Shown: positions 1 to 11,138 of the stretch, piece after piece | Numbering within the stretch: position 1 is the first letter of the stretch | Layout of the letters: each line of letters opens with the position of its first letter | Assembly (NCBI GenBank): GCA_963719315.1 | Contig: CAVRBU010000001.1 | Location: 160,001-224,000 of the forward strand | Length of the DNA stretch: 64,000 bases | Origin: an uncultured Planctomycetota bacterium | Lineage (GTDB): Bacteria > Planctomycetota > Planctomycetia > Pirellulales > Lacipirellulaceae | Direction: 5' to 3' | The notes under the pieces: generated by a model | Databases searched by the model: none | Seen by the model: only the letters and a program-made list of their open reading frames with translations | What the model was told of the DNA's origin: nothing | Made by a program: the position numbers and the translations under genes

Positions 1-910
1 ACACTTGAGCGCCCCAGCCGGCCTCGCTGCCGGCGTAAAATCGTTCGCGGCAGTGAAAGCCCATCAGCTCGAGTGTGGTGATCAGATGGGGGAACGCTGC
101 CCGGCTGGACCGGTACGTGTGGTGGTCGTGATTGGCCCAACCAAGCCCCAGTCGATTCTGGCGCTCGTACTGCACGGCGCCGGCGCGATTGCGGCTTTGC
201 CAATACTCACGCTCGGCGATGAAGAACAAGTCGCAGGCCCAGTCGCCGCCGATTTCGTGGGCGGCTGCTTTGAACGATTGGGTCGCCTCCTGGAAGCCGG
301 CTTCAAAATCCGGACAGCCTCGCTGCCGTTGGCGAAATGCTTCAAGATGCCGAGTTGCCGCAGCAATTTGCTGGGGTGAATTCGGGATGTAACCGAACTG
401 GTCATAGCCATGCCGCTCGACAAGCCACAACTCGGCCTCGACGCAATCGTCCAATACGACGTGCCGATACATACCGCCGCGCGGGCCGATGATTTGTTCG
501 GTATCCGCACCGTGCAGCCCGAGCGCTGAGGAGAGTGCCAGCAGGCAGGCATTCACGCAGTCGCAGCGGAGCGCCAAGCCGGTGCGGCCGCCATTGACGA
601 CGACCGGCGGAAACATGCCCAGCGAATGTCGCCAAACGGTTTGCTCCGCCTGGCTAATCGATTGGTAGCCGATGTCAGTCAATTCGCCAATGAGGCCGAG
701 CGAGTCGGAGTTACTCAGCGCGATGTGATCGACCCAATCTATCAGGCGTGTACCGGTAAACTCGCGCAGTTCGTAAGCGAGTTTTTGGATGATCGGATTC
801 CGTGCGGCGAGTGCGTTGATCGCCCGCGTCACCCAGCGAGCGGCTTCGGGCTGAATCTTCCACTCGAATTCATCCTGCTGACCAGAAACGTCTTCTTTTG
901 CGGCCTGCAT
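1..910 (-). CDS. Uncharacterised protein, VOC/DUF1338 (HglS)-like metal-binding motif; 3' end runs off the window
   Basis: Absent from the ORF track because it has no stop in the window. Hand translation from ATG at 910 (GAGG RBS upstream) is open to the window edge: MQAAKEDVSG...GLGWANHDHHTYRSSRAAFPHLITTLELMGFHCRERFYAGSEAGWGAQV. ORF well supported; product is inference. Confidence 0.7.
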   Translation of the reverse strand, partial: MQAAKEDVSGQQDEFEWKIQPEAARWVTRAINALAARNPIIQKLAYELREFTGTRLIDWVDHIALSNSDSLGLIGELTDIGYQSISQAEQTVWRHSLGMFPPVVVNGGRTGLALRCDCVNACLLALSSALGLHGADTEQIIGPRGGMYRHVVLDDCVEAELWLVERHGYDQFGYIPNSPQQIAAATRHLEAFRQRQRGCPDFEAGFQEATQSFKAAAHEIGGDWACDLFFIAEREYWQSRNRAGAVQYERQNRLGLGWANHDHHTYRSSRAAFPHLITTLELMGFHCRERFYAGSEAGWGAQV

Positions 911-976
911 GGATCAACCTCGTTACGGGGTGGCGCAGAATAATGGTACTTATTGAATTATACTGTGAAGTTAATA

Positions 977-1012
977 GTTCGTCGCTAGTTGATAATTGTA
1001 GTAGCGACGAAC
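977..1012. promoter_or_regulatory. Perfect 11-bp inverted repeat in the AT-rich divergent promoter region (candidate operator)
   Basis: GTTCGTCGCTA (977-987) / TAGCGACGAAC (1002-1012), 14-nt spacer containing GATAAT. Confidence 0.45.
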
Positions 1013-1039
1013 CACAACTCACTAACCAAGATCAGATTT

Positions 1040-2168
1040 ATGCATCGCGTACTACTGCTAGGCGCCGGCAAGATCGGCCGCATGATTGCCAGGTTTTTGA
1101 TGGACTCGGGCGACTACGACGTGCTCGTGGGCGACTTGAGCGAATTGGCGCTCGAGCGGATCGCGAGACTGACGGGCGCCGAGACGCACCGTGTCGATGC
1201 GACCAGCTTGGCCGACTTGGCGGCGGCGCTCAAGGGTCGCGATACGGTTCTTTCAGCGCCTGAGCTTTCACCACAATGCGGCGGTTGCCCAGGCGGCGCT
1301 TGAGAGCGGAGCCAGCTATTTCGATCTAACGGAAGACGTAGAGACGAGCGACGCGGTGGCGGAGATTGCCGAACAGGCGGCCGATGGTCAGGTCTTCATG
1401 CCGCAGTGCGGCTTGGCGCCGGGCTTCATTTCGATCGCGGCCAACGATTTGATCAACTGGTTCGAGCGGGTCGAGACGGTGAAGATGCGCGTTGGCGCGT
1501 TGCCGCAGTTTCCGACGGGCGAGTTGAAATACAACCTCACGTGGTCTACCGACGGACTCATCAATGAATACTGCAATCCGTGTGAAGCGATTCACGCCGG
1601 GCGAAAGATCGACGTGCTGCCATTGGAAGGTTTGGAGAACTTTTCGCTCGATGGTGTGCGGTACGAGGCATTCAATACGAGCGGTGGTCTCGGCACGTTG
1701 TGCGATACGCTAGTCGACAAAGTTCGCGAACTTAACTACAAGACCGTGAGGTACGTGGGGCATCGCGATCAAATGAAGTTGCTCGTAAATGAATTGCGGC
1801 TAGGCGAGCATCGCGAGCAATTCAAGGAGATTTTAGAGCGGGCCGTGCCGGTGACGTTTCAGGACGTTGTGGTAACGTTCTGCACTGTTACGGGTTGGCG
1901 CAAAGGGCTGCTCGTGCAGAAGAGCGATGCCCGCAAAATTTATCACCAGCAAATTGGCGACGAGATGTGGAGCGCGATTCAGATTACGACGGCGGCCGGA
2001 GTGTGCGCGGTGCTTGACCTGCACGTGGCGGGCCGATTGCCGCGCCGCGGGCTCCTGCGACAGGAGCAGGTCACGATGCAGGAGTTTCTCGCCAACCGGT
2101 TCGGCGAGTATTACGAATCGCAAATGGCAACAAAGTTCAGTGCTGGTGTTGTTGGAGAGGAAGACTGA
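1040..2168 (+). CDS. Saccharopine dehydrogenase / lysine 6-dehydrogenase family protein (one frameshift ~1260)
   Basis: N-terminal Rossmann motif LLGAGKIG (ORF 989..1303) joins ORF 1191..2168 carrying CGLAPG, YNLTWSTDGLINEY, EAFNTSGG, YKTVRYVGH. Confidence 0.85.
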
Positions 2169-2171
2169 TCG

Positions 2172-3695
2172 ATGGATCGCGAGATAGAAAAAGCACTGAA
2201 TGCGCTAGGCATCGACGGCGAACTGCGCGCCGCAGATGTGTTGCCCGGCGAAGGTCCTCTGTTGACGGTGCGTTCACCGATCGATGGCAGCGTATTGGCC
2301 AAGCTTCCGTCCGCATCCGCGGATCAAATGAATGCGGCGATTGGCGTCGCTACGGGAGCATTTCCGGATTGGCGCGATACGCCGGCGCCCATTCGCGGTG
2401 AATTGGTCCGATGTATCGGCAACGCTTTCCGGGAACGGCAGTCCGAACTGGCTACGCTGATCGCTTGGGAGGCCGGCAAGATATTGCCGGAGGCCCGCGG
2501 CGAAGTGCAGGAGGTCATCGATATCTGCGATTTCGCGGTCGGACTCAGCCGGCAGCTTTACGGCAAGACGATTGCCAGCGAGCGGCCCGGTCATCGGCTC
2601 GCGGAATTCTGGCATCCGCTCGGCCCGGTAGGCGTGATCTCGGCGTTCAATTTTCCGGTGGCGGTATGGGCTTGGAACGCGATGATTGGCCTCGTGTGCG
2701 GCGATCCGATCGTGTGGAAACCGTCGGAAAAAACGCCGTTAAGCGCGTTTGCGTGCCAGCAGATCGTACGGGAGTCGGTGACAAAAGTCATTGGGCCAAC
2801 AGGCATCACGAGCGTTGTCGTTGGCGGCGCTGAAATTGGGCACGCACTCGCCGCGTCACCGCAATTGCCACTTGTGTCGGCGACGGGCAGTGTAGAGATG
2901 GGCCGCGCGGTTGCGAAAACGGTCGCCGCCCGACTTGGCCGCACGCTGCTGGAGTTGGGTGGCAATAACGGCATGATCGTGGCGCCCTCTGCCGATTTGA
3001 GAATGGGCGTGCGTTCAATCGTGTTTGCGGCCGCCGGCACCTGCGGCCAGCGCTGTACGACACTACGGAGGCTGATTGTTCACGAATCAATCGCCGATGA
3101 GTTGCGTGACCGGATACTGGCCGTGTACAAGCAACTTGTGATCGGCGACCCGATGCAGGACGGCGTACTCGTGGGCCCGCTCATTGACGAGTGGGCGTTT
3201 AGCGCGATGGAAGCGGCGCTGGCCGCGGCGCGCAATCAGGGCGGCGTCGTTCACGGCGGCGGACGCGTCACGGCAGGCGTGCCGGCCGGCGGCTACTACG
3301 TGCGCCCGGCAGTTGTCGAGATAAGTGCCGACGCACCAATCATTCAGCAGGAAACTTTTGCACCAATTCTTTACTTCATGACGTACCGCGAGTTGGATCA
3401 CGCGATTCGCATCCACAACAACGTGCCGCAAGGGCTTTCATCGGCAATCCTCACACGCGACGTCCTTGAATCCGAGCGATTCACATCGGCCGCAGGCTCG
3501 GATTGCGGCATCGTGAATGTGAACGTCGGGACGAGCGGCGCGGAAATCGGAGGCGCGTTCGGCGGCGAAAAAGAAACCGGCGGTGGCCGCGAATCGGGCA
3601 GCGATTCGTGGAAGGCGTACATGCGGCGCGTCACAAGCACCGTCAATTATTCCGACGAGCTACCGTTGGCGCAAGGAATCAAGTTCGACGTGTAA
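2172..3695 (+). CDS. amaB: Aldehyde dehydrogenase family 7 (alpha-aminoadipate semialdehyde / P6C dehydrogenase)
   Basis: AFNFPVAVWAWN, WKPSEKTP, LELGGNN, GQRCTT, GAEIGGAFGGEKETGGGRESGSD and LPLAQGIKF, all typical of ALDH7. Confidence 0.9.
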   Translation: MDREIEKALNALGIDGELRAADVLPGEGPLLTVRSPIDGSVLAKLPSASADQMNAAIGVATGAFPDWRDTPAPIRGELVRCIGNAFRERQSELATLIAWEAGKILPEARGEVQEVIDICDFAVGLSRQLYGKTIASERPGHRLAEFWHPLGPVGVISAFNFPVAVWAWNAMIGLVCGDPIVWKPSEKTPLSAFACQQIVRESVTKVIGPTGITSVVVGGAEIGHALAASPQLPLVSATGSVEMGRAVAKTVAARLGRTLLELGGNNGMIVAPSADLRMGVRSIVFAAAGTCGQRCTTLRRLIVHESIADELRDRILAVYKQLVIGDPMQDGVLVGPLIDEWAFSAMEAALAAARNQGGVVHGGGRVTAGVPAGGYYVRPAVVEISADAPIIQQETFAPILYFMTYRELDHAIRIHNNVPQGLSSAILTRDVLESERFTSAAGSDCGIVNVNVGTSGAEIGGAFGGEKETGGGRESGSDSWKAYMRRVTSTVNYSDELPLAQGIKFDV

Positions 3696-3724
3696 CGCTC
3701 AAGTGCGACCGTAGCCGAGCCAGC

Positions 3725-3928
3725 TTGGCAATTCTCTTCGCGGAGTTCGACATCCGTTTTGGCCTGGTCGTAGATCGCATTAAACGTCGTAATCAGCTCG
3801 AACAGTCAAGTGCGATGGCCGATACCGATCATCACATTCAGCGCGCCATCGTTAAGAATCTGTACGAGGCGATCGGCAAAGGCGTCGACTTTGGTTTCAT
3901 TCGCTTGACATACCGCCATACTCGACAT
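3725..3928 (-). pseudogene. Remnant of an Rv2258c-like winged-helix + SAM methyltransferase gene
   Basis: AAGGA RBS, ATG at 3928; translation KVDAFADRLVQILNDGALNVMIGIGHRT*LFELITTFNAIYDQAK. In-frame TGA (3806-3808) where Gly is expected, and the N-terminus is joined directly to the xITTFDAIHDQA-like methyltransferase motif. Confidence 0.6.
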
Positions 3929-4083
3929 CTGGTTTCCTTTCTGAAAGCGTCGGATGTGTCCCGATCGAATTCATAACTACCGGGTTACCGCGGCTGATAA
4001 GCAGTTGAGCAAGCGAGCCAGTGAGTAGGCGGCAATATGCGGCCGGTGCACACTTTCTCGCAGGCTGATTGCTCACGCCAGCG

Positions 4084-4126
4084 AAAACAAAAATAACAGC
4101 AGCCGGCACGGGCAAGCCGCCTGCTG
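4084..4126 (-). terminator. Intrinsic terminator
   Basis: Minus strand CAGCAGGCGGC-ttgcccgt-GCCGGCTGCTG (11-bp stem, 1 mismatch) followed by TTATTTTTGTTTT. Confidence 0.7.
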
Positions 4127-4225
4127 CGGGCTCACTTGCGCGACCCGACGGAGAGGCAAGAGGGAAATCTCAACCGAAGCCGAAAGCGATTTCGCTTGAC
4201 GATGGCGACCACTTCTTTCCTGTCC
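4084..4225 (-). ncRNA. Candidate ~140-nt sigma54-dependent small RNA
   Basis: Bounded by a -24/-12 motif and an intrinsic terminator; contains cUUCGg- and GCAA-capped hairpins; no family recognised. Confidence 0.5.
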
Positions 4226-4234
4226 TGCCGCATA

Positions 4235-4251
4235 CGCAACATGTATGCCAA
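4235..4251 (-). promoter_or_regulatory. Sigma54 (-24/-12) promoter motif
   Basis: Minus strand TTGGCATACATGTTGCG = GG-N10-GC, close to the consensus TGGCAC-N5-TTGC. Confidence 0.6.
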
Positions 4252-4558
4252 CGAACAATCGAATAGCGATTCTATCGAAGGAAATCCAATTTCGGCGTGC
4301 GCTGTAGGTTTTCTCCAGGATTGGTAATCGGAGCAGCGAATTCCAACGAGAGCTAGCTACCCAGCGCGGCGTCTCAGAGCGAGACGATCGGTTCAATTTG
4401 AGACGCTGGAAGCGACTTATGCGTCATCCTGTAGGTTTCCAAAACGCACCTATGGCCTCGCACTAAGAAAAGGCCACTAGCTGGCGCCGGCGGCGGAACG
4501 ATTTGTAGAAATGAATCGCTCGCAGGCGAATGTGGCGCGTAACGAACGGTGCAAATAG

Positions 4559-5047
4559 TTACGGCTTCGGTTCGACGGCAGCCTGCTCGTAGTCGACCAC
4601 AAAATAGCGGTTGCCTTTTTGGACAACGCAGTGTCCTTCCGCAGCGAGACGGGCGCGCAGATTCTTGATGCCGCCCGGGTATTTCGCGTTGAGCTCGCCG
4701 CCGGCTTTAAGCGTTCTCCAGTACGGCGTGATCCGTTTGCGGCCTGCCCGTTCGTCCTCATCAGCGGCGTGGGCGGCAATCCAGGCGAAAATGCCGGTCG
4801 TCATCGGGCACGCGATTGTTGTGCTGTGGCGAGTGGCGAGCGCGCTGCGAATCGAGTCGATCGTGGTGAGCTTGCCGCGCCGCACGGTTTTCATGAGCGC
4901 ATCCACTTCTAGCGGTGCAGGAATGACAAACGTGCCCTCGCCCCAGCCCTTCGACTTCGTGGAATCGATTCGGGCGATCTTGGGAAAATCCTTGCTGTCA
5001 GCGAGCTTCTCGCGCCATGATCTTTTCTTTGACGTGCGCTTGCTCAT
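4559..5047 (-). CDS. MGMT/alkyltransferase-like DNA-binding family protein
   Basis: VRRGKLTT..IR..LA and CPMTTGIF; PYWR at the position of the MGMT PCHR motif; GELNAKYPGG. Confidence 0.7.
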   Translation of the reverse strand: MSKRTSKKRSWREKLADSKDFPKIARIDSTKSKGWGEGTFVIPAPLEVDALMKTVRRGKLTTIDSIRSALATRHSTTIACPMTTGIFAWIAAHAADEDERAGRKRITPYWRTLKAGGELNAKYPGGIKNLRARLAAEGHCVVQKGNRYFVVDYEQAAVEPKP

Positions 5048-5168
5048 CTCAAACTCGAATTGTGACGAAAGGACTTGGCCAACGAGAATGTTGCGCGGTG
5101 TAGCCGCGCCAAGAACTCTATGGGGAAATTGTTTTCATGCGGTAGAAATGGCGCAATTACCATTCGAA

Positions 5169-8866
<3,698 letters not shown>

Positions 8867-9059
8867 AACGGTCGAGCCAGAATGGCGATGGTTGGAGAGT
8901 TGGGGCGGCCAACCGTCACCGCCTGTTCAGGACTGAATAAGAGACAGCGATGTGATTGGCGGGTTCAGGATTGCGATACTGCCGACGTAGCTCGCCGACA
9001 GGAGAACGACCCTGTTATACATAATAGGTCGTAGCGTGGCAGGCTGACAACGCGAACCC

Positions 9060-11138
9060 TTATGCGGCCATCCGCTGTCGGACGAAGTCTTCGGCGCTTT
9101 CGACATAGATCAATTCATGGAGTGCCGCTTTGAGTATGTCGTTTGGCACGTCTCGGAGCGATGCAAGTCGAATGATATCCCGGGCCACTCGTTGTAAATC
9201 TCTCTGAATACTGGATGCGACCAGGATTTGCGGATGGTTTGTCCGAGATCTATTTTCGTTGGTATCATACAGCTCTTCAAACAGCTTTTCACCCGGTCTT
9301 AAGCCGACGATTTGGATTTCAATATCTTCTCCGACCCGCAGCCCGGACAGGCGAATCATGTCCTGTGCCAAGTCGAGGATCCGGACCGGCTCACCCATAT
9401 CGAGCACGAAGATTTCGCCGCCCTTCCCCATCGCGCCAGCTTGCAGTACAAGCTGAGCCGCCTCGGGAATGAGCATGAAGTAGCGCGTGATGTCCGGATG
9501 CGTGACGGTGACTGGGCCGCCGCGGGCGATCTGTTCGCGGAAAACTGGCACGACACTACCGGATGAATCGAGCACGTTGCCGAACCGCACAGTCACGAAC
9601 CTACAGTTCGAGTTCGCCGATCGGGCCTGTACGTACTGTTCAGCCAGGCGCTTACAGGAGCCCATTACGCTGGTGGGATTCACGGCCTTATCGGTCGAGA
9701 TCATGATGAGTGCGTGGGCGTCATAGTCGTGGGCGAGGTCGACGAGGTTGCGCGTGGCCAGAACGATGTTTTTCACCGCTTCGCCGCAATGCGATTCCAT
9801 GAGCGGCACGTGCTTGTAGGCTGCAGCATGGATGATGATCTCGGGCCGCGTTTCGGCGAAGAGCGATTCGAGTCGGCCGAAGTCGGTCAGATCGGCGAGA
9901 CGGATGTCGACGAGAGGACTGGCCGATTTCAGATTATCGGTTTCTAATCCGCCATCCGCCATCCTCAATCCGCAATCGCCGCTTAATCGCTGAAGCTCGC
10001 GCTCAAGATGAAACTGGCCGGTTTCCGAGCGGTCGACGAGCACCAGGCTGGCCGGCTGCAGTTTCTGGAGCTGCCGGCAGATCTCAGAGCCGATGCTGCC
10101 GGCGCTGCCGGTTACCATCACAACGCGACCGGCGATCCAATCGCGAATCGACTCAATGTCGAGCGCGACGGACTCGCGGCAGAGCAAGTCTTCGATCACA
10201 ACGGCTCGGGGATGGACGGCAACGCGCTCTTCTAGCAGTTGCTGGTGGCTGGGAAGCACCTTCACGCGAAAGTTGGATTGCTGGGCACTGTCCACCAATT
10301 GGCGCACCTGCATGCCGTTCAATCCCCCCGACATAATGAGCACTTCTTCCACATTCTGCTGTTGAGCGAGCCGGGGCAGTTCGTCGCACGCGCCCAGGAT
10401 CGGCACGCCGTTGATTCGGCAACCTTGCAGATCGGGTCGATTATCTATGAAACCCACGACTCGGTACGTGAGCGTCGGGGTGTTGCGAATTGCCCGAAGC
10501 AGGGCTTCGCCCGGATAGTCGGCCCCAACTATGAAGCACTTCGTTCCCTTGCTCGACAGGAACCAGTTCCAGGCGTCGCTCCGCAACACGCGCGGAATCG
10601 CCCGCACGGCGCCCACGGAAAGCAATGTAGCGCCCCAATCGATTAGCATCACGCTCCGGGGAATGCTCAAACGCGGGAGGCAAATCGCATCAAACATCGC
10701 GATGCCGAGCGTCGCGAATGTCACCGATTGGCCGAGGAGAACAAGGTCGTCGAAGCCGACAAATTTGGACCAACCCTGATGCAATCGAAACCAAACAAAA
10801 GAGGCCCACTTGATGAACACAACCCACAGCACCGTATCGAAGTAGATTTCGACCGCGTGCGGGCTCGGTTCGCCGGCAAAGCGGAGCAAATACGCAATGT
10901 AATAGCTCGCGGCGAACAAAGGCAGAATTACGGTGGCGCTCACGACGAGCTGATAGGTTTTGCGGGGGTTGAATGGCGTTACGAAGTCTTTCATACCGGT
11001 AGCAAAGACCCCCGCGGTAGCGTTGCGGCCACGGAGTGCGGAATGAGTGGTGTGATGAGTAGAGATTCGTGATTTGCCGAGAAGGTAGTTGGCGACGCAA
11101 TCTATGTGCCGATTCAATTGGTGAGCTTTCAAAATCAC
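9060..11138 (-). CDS. CapD/WbpM/PglF-type membrane UDP-GlcNAc 4,6-dehydratase
   Basis: N-terminal TM helices, VTGSAGSIGSEI, HAAAYKHVP, STDKAVNPTSVMG, RFGNVLDSSGSV, GLRPGEKLFEEL; start could instead be ATG 10994. Confidence 0.9.
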   Translation of the reverse strand: MILKAHQLNRHIDCVANYLLGKSRISTHHTTHSALRGRNATAGVFATGMKDFVTPFNPRKTYQLVVSATVILPLFAASYYIAYLLRFAGEPSPHAVEIYFDTVLWVVFIKWASFVWFRLHQGWSKFVGFDDLVLLGQSVTFATLGIAMFDAICLPRLSIPRSVMLIDWGATLLSVGAVRAIPRVLRSDAWNWFLSSKGTKCFIVGADYPGEALLRAIRNTPTLTYRVVGFIDNRPDLQGCRINGVPILGACDELPRLAQQQNVEEVLIMSGGLNGMQVRQLVDSAQQSNFRVKVLPSHQQLLEERVAVHPRAVVIEDLLCRESVALDIESIRDWIAGRVVMVTGSAGSIGSEICRQLQKLQPASLVLVDRSETGQFHLERELQRLSGDCGLRMADGGLETDNLKSASPLVDIRLADLTDFGRLESLFAETRPEIIIHAAAYKHVPLMESHCGEAVKNIVLATRNLVDLAHDYDAHALIMISTDKAVNPTSVMGSCKRLAEQYVQARSANSNCRFVTVRFGNVLDSSGSVVPVFREQIARGGPVTVTHPDITRYFMLIPEAAQLVLQAGAMGKGGEIFVLDMGEPVRILDLAQDMIRLSGLRVGEDIEIQIVGLRPGEKLFEELYDTNENRSRTNHPQILVASSIQRDLQRVARDIIRLASLRDVPNDILKAALHELIYVESAEDFVRQRMAA
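9922..9978. repeat. Heptamer tandem repeat element (ATCCGCM) inserted in frame within the capD-like gene
   Basis: ATCCGCC ATCCGCC ATCCTCA ATCCGCA (9947-9974) plus a GATTTCAGATT opposite-arm remnant; encodes GDCGLRMADGGLETDNLKSA. Confidence 0.6.

Noticed and set aside
3961..3995. c-di-GMP-I riboswitch suggested by CGGGTTACCG
   Set aside because: The upstream GCAAA/GAAA/GACGCAAAG core is absent and the orientation does not lead into a gene
4133..4242. Short Arg-rich ORF (MLRMRQDRKE...) overlapping the sRNA candidate
   Set aside because: Its ATG lies inside the sigma54 motif, upstream of the predicted start site, and it has no RBS
8867..9050. Known SAM, SAH or cobalamin riboswitch before metH
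   Set aside because: Consensus elements could not be matched by eye; kept only as a low-confidence lead
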